DNA of 64,000 bases from contig JAYZEP010000006.1 in assembly GCA_036337225.1 (NCBI GenBank), positions 73,771 to 137,770 of the forward strand. The letters run 5' to 3'. The notes under the pieces are model-generated. The model was not told where the DNA came from. It saw nothing but the letters and a program-made list of their open reading frames with translations, and searched no databases. This DNA is from Thermodesulfobacteriota bacterium (GTDB lineage: Bacteria > Desulfobacterota_D > UBA1144). The translations under genes and the position numbers were made by a program. Positions 1-8,784 of the stretch are shown piece by piece. The stretch's first letter is position 1. Each line of letters begins with the position of its first letter.

Positions 1-463
1 GTTCTTTTGTTGAACCATCGTAATTTTCAATGAAATCAACCGTTTCTTTATCTAAATCTTCTAGAATTTGCGATGAGAGCTTTGATAATTTAACTTCCGT
101 ATATCGCATGGCCGCCGCAGGATCACCATCAACAGATCCAAAATTTCCCTGCCCATCTACAAGTGGATATCTCAGAGAGAAATCTTGAGCCATTCTCACC
201 AAAGCTTCGTAAAGAGCACTGTCACCATGGGGATGAAATTTACCCATTACATCTCCGACGACCCTAGCGGATTTTTTATAAGATTTGTTATATTCAAGAC
301 CCAAATCTTTCATTCCGTAGAGAAGCCTTCTGTGTACAGGCTTTAGCCCATCTCGTACATCTGGCAATGCTCTACCAATAATTACACTTAATGAATAACT
401 CAGGTAAGAGTCCTTAAGTTCGTCAAAAATCTCAGCAGCTTGAATGTTTTGGTCTAGCGAAAT
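1..463 (-). CDS. gyrA: DNA gyrase subunit A, N-terminal part (gene continues past window start)
   Basis: My reverse translation gives [33 protein letters not shown]...[50 protein letters not shown], the GyrA core signature. There is no ATG/GTG/TTG between the in-frame TAA (488-490) and the conserved core. GGAGAG (469-474) lies 5 nt upstream of ATT 461-463, so the start is assigned there. Confidence 0.9.
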   Translation of the reverse strand, partial: MSLDQNIQAAEIFDELKDSYLSYSLSVIIGRALPDVRDGLKPVHRRLLYGMKDLGLEYNKSYKKSARVVGDVMGKFHPHGDSALYEALVRMAQDFSLRYPLVDGQGNFGSVDGDPAAAMRYTEVKLSKLSSQILEDLDKETVDFIENYDGSTKE

Positions 464-516
464 AGTTACTCTCCAAGGGTACGGTAATTATACATTTTAA
501 TTAAAAAAAATGAAGT

Positions 517-1524
517 CTAAATATCTGTAATTACATCTTTTTTTAATAAAATATGGAGAAGGTTTTTGGGATCTTGATTCTTGTAAAGTATTCCGTATAT
601 CGACTCTAGTATGGGGGAGGAGACTTTGAATTTTCTTAACAATTTGTGTACGGCTTTGCTTGTAAAATATCCTTCAGCGACCATTTGAGTTGAAGATAGA
701 ATTTTCTCCAACCTCATACCTTTGCCAAGCATGAAACCTAAATTTCTATTTCTACTTTGATTACCATATGCTGTCAACATTAAATCTCCAACACCCGAGA
801 GACCAAGGAAAGTTGTTTTTTTTGCTCCCAAGAGCTCTGCCAATATTCTAATCTCGTACAAACCTCTTGTTATAAATGCCGCTTTTGTACTTTCGCTATG
901 ACCACTTCCATCTATGATTCCTGCCCCGATAGCAATAACATTCTTAATTGAGCCACCAATTTCAACTCCAATAACATCTTTGCTCGTATAAGTTTTAAAA
1001 TAGTTATTATCAAATAAAGATTTAGTCTTCAGTAAGACTGAATGATTAAAAGAGGCAATAGAGACCGCGGTAGGTAATTTCTTTGCAACATCTTGGGCAA
1101 AACTAGGTCCTGACATCGTTAAGTACCTATTTTTTACATTTGGAATTGTATCATTGAAAATTTCATAGATACAACTCATTGTCTTCTGCTCAATTCCTTT
1201 AGACGTATTTATTAATATCGTGTCTTTGTTAATTTGATTTTTAATTTTTTTTAAAAAACCTCTGACATATTGGGTTGGGAAGGAAAAGATTAGAAACTTT
1301 GTATTAAAGAAATCTTCTTGTAAATTATTTTGCGGATGAATCAACTCTGGCAATTTAATCCCGGGTAAAAAAAGTTTATTCTCTCTGGTTCTTATAATTG
1401 AATCAACAACACTTGATTCTCTAATCCAAAGATTTACATGACAAGAGTTTTCTGCCAGGACTTTTGCAATTGCGGTTCCCCAACTACCTCCACCAAAAAC
1501 CGTTACCCTTTCCTTTGATTTCAT
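517..1524 (-). CDS. gpsA: NAD(P)H-dependent glycerol-3-phosphate dehydrogenase
   Basis: 335 aa. N-terminal dinucleotide fold VTVFGGGSWGTAIAKVLAEN, plus the GpsA-typical GVEIGGSIKNVIAIGAGI and VAEGYFTSKAV segments. Confidence 0.9.
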   Translation of the reverse strand: MKSKERVTVFGGGSWGTAIAKVLAENSCHVNLWIRESSVVDSIIRTRENKLFLPGIKLPELIHPQNNLQEDFFNTKFLIFSFPTQYVRGFLKKIKNQINKDTILINTSKGIEQKTMSCIYEIFNDTIPNVKNRYLTMSGPSFAQDVAKKLPTAVSIASFNHSVLLKTKSLFDNNYFKTYTSKDVIGVEIGGSIKNVIAIGAGIIDGSGHSESTKAAFITRGLYEIRILAELLGAKKTTFLGLSGVGDLMLTAYGNQSRNRNLGFMLGKGMRLEKILSSTQMVAEGYFTSKAVHKLLRKFKVSSPILESIYGILYKNQDPKNLLHILLKKDVITDI

Positions 1525-1565
1525 CGTAAAATATATTATATTTAAGTTTTAAGGAATAGATAGCA

Positions 1566-1745
1566 ATGTTAAGAAGAGATTATTTAGGGTCAGCCATTGT
1601 ATGTTTGATTCTTTTTACTTTATTTGGTCTAGGTATTTCTAATGCCTCGCATGTCAATTTAGGTCTGTATATAAAAGTACTTGTTGGCATTATATTGGTT
1701 GCTCTATTCATTGGTTTAATAACGTATTTATCAAAAAAGAACTAA
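1566..1745 (+). CDS. small hypothetical membrane protein (59 aa, two predicted TM helices)
   Basis: ATG..TAA ORF just under the 60-aa track cutoff, and it fills an otherwise empty 226-nt gap. Translation is MLRRDYLGSAIVCLILFTLFGLGISNASHVNLGLYIKVLVGIILVALFIGLITYLSKKN, with two hydrophobic stretches. No homology is recognised. Confidence 0.3.
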   Translation: MLRRDYLGSAIVCLILFTLFGLGISNASHVNLGLYIKVLVGIILVALFIGLITYLSKKN

Positions 1746-1750
1746 GATAC

Positions 1751-2155
1751 CTATTTTAATCTGACATTCGAATTAATCCATTCAATCATCTCTGTCGTGG
1801 ATGTTCCCGGACCAAAGATTTTTTTGACCCCGCAACTTTTAAGACTTTCAATATCTTCATCTGGGATAATGCCACCACCAAAAACGACTAGGTCATCTAG
1901 CCCTTTGGCTTTTAAATCTTTAATAATTTCAGGGAACAAGAAATTATGTGCACCCGAGAGCAAACTTACTCCAATAGCATCAACATCTTCTTGTAGCGCC
2001 GACTCGGCAATCATATCGGGGGTCTGATGAAGACCGGTATATACAACTTCGAATCCTGCGTCTCTTAGTGCTCTTGTAATTATCTTAGCACCCCTATCGT
2101 GGCCGTCTAGACCAGCCTTGGCAATTAAAATCCTTGTTCTTCTTTTATTAGACAT
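1751..2155 (-). CDS. methylmalonyl-CoA mutase-type cobalamin-binding small subunit (stand-alone B12-binding domain)
   Basis: DxHxxG B12 motif in [31 protein letters not shown], with a Rossmann-like remainder ([11 protein letters not shown]...VFGGGIIP). Start moved to MSNKRR (ATG 2153-2155) because GGAG lies 7 nt upstream. Confidence 0.85.
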   Translation of the reverse strand: MSNKRRTRILIAKAGLDGHDRGAKIITRALRDAGFEVVYTGLHQTPDMIAESALQEDVDAIGVSLLSGAHNFLFPEIIKDLKAKGLDDLVVFGGGIIPDEDIESLKSCGVKKIFGPGTSTTEMIEWINSNVRLK

Positions 2156-2197
2156 TTTAATTCTCCAATGTGAATACAAACATTAAAAATTTGTTTG

Positions 2198-2551
2198 TCA
2201 GTTGTAATCCAAATTCAACTCTTTGTTAAAAATATTTTTTGGGTCTGATCTAACAAAAAATTTAAATATAACAACCTCTCCCTGTGAAAGATAATCTCCG
2301 CCCGCACCTGATATAGGAAAAGTTACTGCTTCAACTATACCATCCTCTTCGTCTCTAATGATATAGCGTAAAGATACTTGATTAATTTTTTCTTGTGAAT
2401 TATTGATAACTCTCCCAACATATTCTAATTTACCTTGACTATTAACCGTTTCGATAACAGGTCCTAATAAACTTATTTTTGAATCAGGCTCAAGGGAATC
2501 GCAAGAAATCAATAAAAACAAACTTATGAACAGAACAGTAATGAATTTCAT
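2198..2551 (-). CDS. hypothetical lipoprotein
   Basis: Signal peptide plus lipobox (FLLISC). 117 aa. 4-nt overlap (ATGA) with the upstream gene. Confidence 0.5.
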   Translation of the reverse strand: MKFITVLFISLFLLISCDSLEPDSKISLLGPVIETVNSQGKLEYVGRVINNSQEKINQVSLRYIIRDEEDGIVEAVTFPISGAGGDYLSQGEVVIFKFFVRSDPKNIFNKELNLDYN

Positions 2552-3297
2552 TTTTTATCATCTAAATTAATAATATTTGTCTTATCGTTACTAGCTGATT
2601 TTGAATCATCAACTTCTTTGTGATCATCAATAACATCGCCTAGTAGTTTGTGCATAATTTTTATAGCTCCCAAGGAACTCTCTTTTAGATATCCTTGTTC
2701 CAGAACAACATCCTGCTTCTTTCGAACCCACAAATAAAACAAAAATGCTTGATTGTTAAGAATTAAATATAAAAAGAGGTAAAATATGCCACTATGGGCA
2801 AGAACATCGGTCAATATGGGTATTGTGCTTGTCTCAATCCTAACAATCCCATAAGGTTTATCGTACCCATTCAAGAAAAAAGGCTTAATAGCAACATACT
2901 TATTGTTGAAAAAATATTTTATTTTTTTATTTATTGCTGCAGTATCATCTTTAGCGAAATTGGCATCAACCCCAGCATTGACAACACCCTTTTCTATGTC
3001 AGACACAAAATATATGGTTAAAATCTCAGGTGGATTCACATTGAAAGCATTAGTTAGCTTCTGAACCCCAATTTGAGAATCCAGATAATTAAAAAAATCG
3101 TTTGATGAGTAATTATTTCTATTTTTTTGAAAATAATTACTGGCTTGCTCACCGATTATTGAGGCAAGCTCTTTCGATTGTATTTTGTTAATTTCTCGTC
3201 GCTGATTAAAATTAAAAAGAAACAAAATAAAGATGAAAGACAGTATAAGCAATTGTATTAGAACAATTACGGAAAATCGTTTTAAGAAGTACATCAC
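2548..3297 (-). CDS. hypothetical two-TM membrane protein with an extracytoplasmic domain of about 130 aa (sensor-like, no output domain)
   Basis: TM1 is VIVLIQLLILSFIFILFLF and TM2 is IFYLFLYLILNNQAFLFYLW, followed by an acidic cytoplasmic tail. It overlaps both neighbours by 4 nt. Confidence 0.5.
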   Translation of the reverse strand: MMYFLKRFSVIVLIQLLILSFIFILFLFNFNQRREINKIQSKELASIIGEQASNYFQKNRNNYSSNDFFNYLDSQIGVQKLTNAFNVNPPEILTIYFVSDIEKGVVNAGVDANFAKDDTAAINKKIKYFFNNKYVAIKPFFLNGYDKPYGIVRIETSTIPILTDVLAHSGIFYLFLYLILNNQAFLFYLWVRKKQDVVLEQGYLKESSLGAIKIMHKLLGDVIDDHKEVDDSKSASNDKTNIINLDDKK

Positions 3298-3731
3298 GCA
3301 ATCTTAGAAAGTTTTTCGATGGAAAGTAGAACTTTCTTGTCGGAAATTCGCTTGTCAGACTTCAGAAGCATGTAAATCATACCAATAAAATCCTTTCGAA
3401 CATCATTCGATAAATTTCTAAACAAATCTAAAAGTAATTTTTCTGAATAAGTTATAGGTTCCTTTAAATTGTTAGTTATATTTTCTTTCTTGAGAAATCT
3501 GAGTAACTTTTGTTCCTTGGCTGCATTCCAAACTAAATCCGAGTCAACTCCCAAGGTGCTAGCAATAATTAGACATTTTTCTTTCGATGGAGCATCAACC
3601 TTAGCAGTCTCAAGTTGATGTACATAAACGGTAGAAACATTCAACGCAGAAGCCAATTGTTCCTGAGTAATTTTTCTCTTCTTTCGAATCTTTTTCAAAA
3701 AAGAGCCAAAAATGTTTAAAGTGTCTGACAT
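3294..3731 (-). CDS. XRE-family helix-turn-helix transcriptional regulator
   Basis: N-terminal FLKKIRKKRKITQEQLASALNVSTVYVHQLETAK is a classic Cro/C1-type HTH. 145 aa. Confidence 0.7.
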   Translation of the reverse strand: MSDTLNIFGSFLKKIRKKRKITQEQLASALNVSTVYVHQLETAKVDAPSKEKCLIIASTLGVDSDLVWNAAKEQKLLRFLKKENITNNLKEPITYSEKLLLDLFRNLSNDVRKDFIGMIYMLLKSDKRISDKKVLLSIEKLSKIA

Positions 3732-3739
3732 AGGGTAAT

Positions 3740-3767
3740 ATAATACCGTTTTTCAGGGCCTTTTCAA
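3740..3767 (-). promoter_or_regulatory. sigma-70-type promoter for the XRE operon, probably giving a leaderless or near-leaderless mRNA
   Basis: On the minus strand: TTGAAA (3762-3767), 16-nt spacer, TATTAT (3740-3745), then 8 nt (ATTACCCT) to the ATG at 3731. No Shine-Dalgarno. Confidence 0.35.
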
Positions 3768-3778
3768 TGTAAAGCTAT

Positions 3779-3851
<73 letters not shown>

Positions 3852-3902
3852 TATACAAATAAGTTTTAAAAGTTTATATAAAATAATTCTTTAATCAAGA
3901 AG

Positions 3903-3931
3903 AACTAGAGCCCCAACAAGGAGCTCTAGTT
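3903..3931 (-). terminator. intrinsic terminator hairpin downstream of the porin gene
   Basis: Perfect 9-bp arms AACTAGAGC / GCTCTAGTT with an 11-nt loop, 14 nt after the porin stop. Followed on the minus strand by CTTCTTGATT. Confidence 0.5.
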
Positions 3932-3944
3932 AAAATCTTAAAAT

Positions 3945-5072
3945 TTAAAATGAAACTATGTACTGTAAGGATACAGTATCTTGATTTTTATTCTGTGCGG
4001 TTTGAACGGTTGGGGTATTAACCATCGTTTGACGTGAAAAGACCTCATGGTTTGCCATGTCACGTCTAAACTCTACTCTTAAAGTACCGTGATCTCCTAT
4101 CAGCAATTGAGGAGTTACAGTAAGACTTTTTAGAATAGCGTCATCCGAACCTTCATTAAAACTTTTCTTACTTGTAATTCCGTCAAAATTTAAACGGGAT
4201 CCACCGACGTCTTTTAAATACTCGGCTCTAAAAGTAACAGATGCGGTATCTGAATGATCATAGGTGATATAACCTGCAGCACCATACCACTCACCATCTA
4301 CATTTGTAGAATTTCCTCTAGTATCTCCAGCGTCTTCCTCATGACCATAAACTCCATTTGCTACTATTGATAATGAGTCGCCAACAGGCATAGCAAAAAC
4401 AGCAGTGTAAGTTTGTCTAATCAGCCCATCATCTGAGGTTTCCGGACCATAGTTCATAGCAAGAAACAATGAAGCGTCTCCTATAGTTTTTCCTATAGCA
4501 GCTTCAATTGTTTTTCCTTGGTTCTCACCTTCGTCATAAATAACATCTTGACCATTTCCAAAACCTACATACATTTCATCAACCAAGACTCCAGGTTCAT
4601 ACTGTGCTCTCACACCAGTATTTTGGAAATTAATCGAGTAGCCAAAAAGAAAACTTCTTGTGATATTTGGATTATCAGCAGGATTGATGAGCTCGTTTCC
4701 AAGCATCGTATCAAAATGTCCTACCATAAGTGAGATAGAGCCCACTGGCAAAATGCCATATGCTTGATGCAAGAAGAAATCTGTTCCAGAACCATCTACA
4801 TCTTGAGCAATGCTACCAAACAAGGCATCAATTACAAAGAAATCATTTGTGACGCCCAATTGCGCTGAAGGAGTCATTGTATAATCATCATCGCTAAATG
4901 TATGAAAATTATTATTTTCATCTTCATTATCGCCTAGGTTGTAAGTGGTTGCTGTATGTACATACCCTGAAAAAGTCAATGGTATTCCAGTAGATCCATC
5001 TTCTTTTGCGAAAGCATTTATACCTGAAAAAACAAGTAAAAAAGCGACCGCAAAAAATATAATGTTACGCAT
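3945..5072 (-). CDS. outer-membrane beta-barrel porin (family not assigned)
   Basis: Signal peptide MRNIIFFAVAFLLVFSGINAFA. Alternating-polarity strands rich in G/Y/T/D and a C-terminal ...SLQYIVSF (terminal Phe). Start moved to ATG 5072 because AGGAGG lies 8 nt upstream. Confidence 0.6.
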   Translation of the reverse strand: MRNIIFFAVAFLLVFSGINAFAKEDGSTGIPLTFSGYVHTATTYNLGDNEDENNNFHTFSDDDYTMTPSAQLGVTNDFFVIDALFGSIAQDVDGSGTDFFLHQAYGILPVGSISLMVGHFDTMLGNELINPADNPNITRSFLFGYSINFQNTGVRAQYEPGVLVDEMYVGFGNGQDVIYDEGENQGKTIEAAIGKTIGDASLFLAMNYGPETSDDGLIRQTYTAVFAMPVGDSLSIVANGVYGHEEDAGDTRGNSTNVDGEWYGAAGYITYDHSDTASVTFRAEYLKDVGGSRLNFDGITSKKSFNEGSDDAILKSLTVTPQLLIGDHGTLRVEFRRDMANHEVFSRQTMVNTPTVQTAQNKNQDTVSLQYIVSF

Positions 5073-5152
5073 AATTTTTCCCTCCTTATAAGGATTTTTC
5101 TTTATTATAGGCAATAAATGTACCAAATGGGGAAAAAAGTATATATGGCTCG

Positions 5153-6493
5153 CTAATCGAGCTCTTTTCCTTTGGTCTCTGGGAGGGTAAGGAGAACAAC
5201 AAAGGCAAATATTGCGAATATTGAAGCTGCCATAAGAGCCCTACCGTTTCCTATTACATCCCCACCAAAAAGGAAGGTAAAAGAACTTATGGCTATGAAT
5301 GCAAACAAAGGTGGCGCTATCGCAGAGGCTCCTCTGCCTACGTTATAGCTAAAACCTTGAGCTGTACCCCGTGCTCGTGTAGGAAAAATTTCTGAGAATA
5401 TAGCTCCAAATCCTGAATAAAAACCAGTATTGAAAAATCCAAGCAAAGGAGCGAGTATCAAGACTAAGGCATCTAGAGAAATGAATCCTAGAAATTCTTG
5501 AATACTAACTATGTTACCAAAAATTGGTACAAGTAAAGCAACGATTATTAAATAAGAACCAAAAGTAAATTTTCTTCCCAACTTATCACTAATTAAACCA
5601 AAAGATATACATCCCAAGATTGCACCAATATTCAAAGGGATTGTAAAGCCAAACCCTTTAACTAAACCTAGTCCGGCTCCACCTTCAGATACAGGACTAG
5701 CTAAATAATTAGGAACAAAATAACTTAACCCCCAATAAGAAATCATACAAAAACTTGTAAGTAATGTTGCCTTTATTAACAGTGGCCTTAGGTCGCCCTT
5801 GAAGATTTGGAAGAAAGTAAATTCTTGGCTAGATTTGGTTCTTTCAACTGAAGATTTTTTCCAAATTTCAGGCTCTTCACACACCCTTCTAACATAAAAA
5901 ACTAAACCAGCAGGTAGAACACCAAGGAAAAATAGCACCCTCCAGCTTTCAACAGGAAAATCTGTATTTACGAATGGCAACATATTTAAATTAAATGTAC
6001 TAATAGGAAGTACAAAAGTTGCAAGTATGGCGGCCATTATAAAACCAAACCCCCAGCCACTCTGGACCATTCCAACGACTTTTCCTCTATGTTGTTTAGG
6101 CCAACTTTCAGCAACTAATATCTCACCAGAGGCCCATTCTCCTCCCATACCTAAGCCGAGTAGGAATCTGCAAACAATAAAGAGTTCTATGGTTGGAGCA
6201 AAAGCTGAGAACATTGTAAAGAATGAGTAAATAAGAATTGAATATGTTAACGCTTTAATTCGCCCAACATAATCGGAGATTACACCAAACACGATTCCAC
6301 CAAGAGCAGAAGATGCAAGAGTAATGCTAAATAAAAATGCAGCCTGGGTAGAGCTTAAATCAAAAGATTGAGCTATAAATTTAAATGCAAAAACATACAG
6401 AAGGAGGTCCATGGCATCCAGTGTCCAACCAAAAAAAGCTGCGATGAAGGTCTTCCACTGCTTGGAATTAATGTCTCGTGTCCACTTCAGCAT
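5153..6493 (-). CDS. MFS transporter (12-TM; substrate unknown)
   Basis: MFS signature GVISDYVGRIKAL between TM2 and TM3, plus LGLGMGGEW and 12 hydrophobic segments. The first in-frame ATG is 6493; the ORF extends to a TTG at 6508. Confidence 0.8.
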   Translation of the reverse strand: MLKWTRDINSKQWKTFIAAFFGWTLDAMDLLLYVFAFKFIAQSFDLSSTQAAFLFSITLASSALGGIVFGVISDYVGRIKALTYSILIYSFFTMFSAFAPTIELFIVCRFLLGLGMGGEWASGEILVAESWPKQHRGKVVGMVQSGWGFGFIMAAILATFVLPISTFNLNMLPFVNTDFPVESWRVLFFLGVLPAGLVFYVRRVCEEPEIWKKSSVERTKSSQEFTFFQIFKGDLRPLLIKATLLTSFCMISYWGLSYFVPNYLASPVSEGGAGLGLVKGFGFTIPLNIGAILGCISFGLISDKLGRKFTFGSYLIIVALLVPIFGNIVSIQEFLGFISLDALVLILAPLLGFFNTGFYSGFGAIFSEIFPTRARGTAQGFSYNVGRGASAIAPPLFAFIAISSFTFLFGGDVIGNGRALMAASIFAIFAFVVLLTLPETKGKELD

Positions 6494-6548
6494 CAGAACA
6501 TGGTACAAAATTAAAATTTATTAGTCAAACGAGACTTTTAAAAGCCTA

Positions 6549-6576
6549 TTGCATAAGAAAGAAACGTTGTTAAAAT
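6549..6576 (+). promoter_or_regulatory. sigma-70-type promoter for miaB (leaderless geometry)
   Basis: TTGCAT (6549-6554), 16-nt spacer, TAAAAT (6571-6576), then 6 nt to ATG 6583. No SD. Confidence 0.35.
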
Positions 6577-6582
6577 TTGAAA

Positions 6583-7887
6583 ATGGATGAACTATCAGTT
6601 TTTATCGAAACCCATGGTTGCCAAATGAATGAGTACGACTCGGATAGAATCCTTAACTCTTTATCCGCTGTTCCAGCCAAGGATCCTTCCAATGCCGATA
6701 TAATAATAGTTAATACTTGTGCAATAAGGGAAAAGGCCAATCATAAAGCCGTAAGTGCTGTCGGAAAATATAAAAATCTTAAAAAATCTAATCCAAATCT
6801 ATTGATAGGTATGGCTGGATGTGTTGCTCAGCTTTACGGAAATAAACTTATCAAGCAAATTCCTTATCTTGATTTTGTAGTTGGCCCAAGAGGTATACCT
6901 AAACTAATGGACATAGTTAATAATTTGAAAAGTTCAATGGATATCAAGAGAGTGGAAACGTCAATTGATATTGAAGAAGTATTCGAAATTAATCCGTACC
7001 ATGAAGAAGGGAAGATTAACGGTTTTGTCTCGATACAACAAGGGTGTAACAAGAAGTGCGCATATTGCATTGTTCCAACAGTTAGAGGTACGGAAATCAA
7101 TAGGCCACTTAAAGATATACTCGAAGAATCTAGATTGTTAATCAATCGGGGTGCAAAAGAACTTACCTACATTGGTCAAACTGTTAATTCTTGGAAATAT
7201 AATGGAGAGAAATTCCATAACTTACTAGATTATCTTCAAGAACTTGATGGATTAGAAAGAATTAGATTTACTACCTCATTCCCTCGAGACGTTACCACCA
7301 AAATGATTAATGCAATGAAAAACAATCCGAAGGTTTGCAAGCATTTACACCTTCCCGTTCAATCAGGGTCAGATAAAGTTCTTAAATCAATGAATAGAAC
7401 ATACTCGATTGCGTGGTACAAAGACAGTATAAGCAAGCTAAAAGATGCTATACCGGACTTAAGTATTTCCACAGATATAATCGTTGGCTTCTGCAATGAG
7501 AATGACGACGACTTTGAACAAACTATGGAACTCGTGGAAGAAATCAAATTTGATACAATTTATTCATTCAAATACTCTATTAGGCCTGGAACTGAAGGGG
7601 AAAAAATGGATTTTCATGTTCCAGATCAAATCGCATCAAATAGACTTCTTAGGCTTCAAGAAAGGCAAAGGGAAATATCTCTAGAGAGCAATATAAAAGA
7701 TGTGAATAGAACTTATGAAGTCCTAATTGAAGGGATTAGCAAAAATAATCCTGATGATTTGTTTGGAAGAACAACTCATAACAAAGTCGTAAATATAAGA
7801 AATCTTGATAAAAGCTATATCGGAAAAATGATTAACGTGAACATCAAAGAAGCATTTCAGAATTCTTTAGTTGGTGCAATACTCTAG
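6583..7887 (+). CDS. miaB: tRNA-2-methylthio-N6-dimethylallyladenosine synthase
   Basis: N-terminal FIETHGCQMNEYDS, radical-SAM CNKKCAYC and a C-terminal TRAM-like region. The ORF could also start at TTG 6577. Confidence 0.9.
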   Translation: MDELSVFIETHGCQMNEYDSDRILNSLSAVPAKDPSNADIIIVNTCAIREKANHKAVSAVGKYKNLKKSNPNLLIGMAGCVAQLYGNKLIKQIPYLDFVVGPRGIPKLMDIVNNLKSSMDIKRVETSIDIEEVFEINPYHEEGKINGFVSIQQGCNKKCAYCIVPTVRGTEINRPLKDILEESRLLINRGAKELTYIGQTVNSWKYNGEKFHNLLDYLQELDGLERIRFTTSFPRDVTTKMINAMKNNPKVCKHLHLPVQSGSDKVLKSMNRTYSIAWYKDSISKLKDAIPDLSISTDIIVGFCNENDDDFEQTMELVEEIKFDTIYSFKYSIRPGTEGEKMDFHVPDQIASNRLLRLQERQREISLESNIKDVNRTYEVLIEGISKNNPDDLFGRTTHNKVVNIRNLDKSYIGKMINVNIKEAFQNSLVGAIL

Positions 7888-7935
7888 AGAAATCGCATAG
7901 AATTAGATTTAGTTTGATGTTATCATGATTTTTTT

Positions 7936-8784
7936 ATGCACTTTCAGGATTTAATCTTAAAACTACAAGAATTCTGGGCCAAAAAGGGTTGCGTGATTCT
8001 TCAACCTTACGATCTCGAAAAGGGAGCCGGAACATTTCATCCTGGAACTTTCTTGAGATGCTTAGGCAAGTCTCCTTGGTCAGCTGCCTATGTTGAACCT
8101 TGTAGGAGACCCACAGATGGAAGGTATGGTGAGAATCCAAACAGATTACAACATTACTACCAATTTCAAGTAGTAATTAAACCTTCGGTAAAAAACATAC
8201 AAGATTTGTATTTAGAAAGTCTGAACGAGCTGGGAATAAATACCAAAAAGCATGATATCAGATTTGTCGAAGACGATTGGGAATCTCCCACTTTGGGTGC
8301 ATGGGGTTTGGGATGGGAAGTGTGGCTTGATGGAATGGAGATTACTCAGTTTACTTATTTTCAACAAGCTGGTGGTTTTGATTTAGACCCGATAACCGTG
8401 GAAATAACATATGGTACGGAAAGAATTGCTATGTATCTTCAGAAAGTTCAAAGCGTATACGATTTGAATTGGTCAAAAAAGGTTAAGTATTCCGACATTC
8501 ACTTTCGAACAGAATACGAATTCTCTAAATATAATTTTGAAATTGCCAATGTAGATATGTTAAAAAGATTCTTTGATGAATCAAAAAAAGAATGCGAGAA
8601 TCTTTTGATAAACGACCTACCCCTTCCCGCATACGATTATTGCTTAAAATGTTCTCATTTGTTTAATTTACTTGATGCAAGAGGAAGTATCAGTGTCACA
8701 CAACGAGCAAAATACATATTGGAAATTAGAGAGCTGGCTAAGAAAGCTGCAGGTCTCTATTTAGAAATTTATGAAAAAAAATAG
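7936..8784 (+). CDS. glyQ: glycine--tRNA ligase alpha subunit
   Basis: [24 protein letters not shown]...[23 protein letters not shown] are highly conserved GlyQ blocks. Confidence 0.95.
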   Translation: MHFQDLILKLQEFWAKKGCVILQPYDLEKGAGTFHPGTFLRCLGKSPWSAAYVEPCRRPTDGRYGENPNRLQHYYQFQVVIKPSVKNIQDLYLESLNELGINTKKHDIRFVEDDWESPTLGAWGLGWEVWLDGMEITQFTYFQQAGGFDLDPITVEITYGTERIAMYLQKVQSVYDLNWSKKVKYSDIHFRTEYEFSKYNFEIANVDMLKRFFDESKKECENLLINDLPLPAYDYCLKCSHLFNLLDARGSISVTQRAKYILEIRELAKKAAGLYLEIYEKK

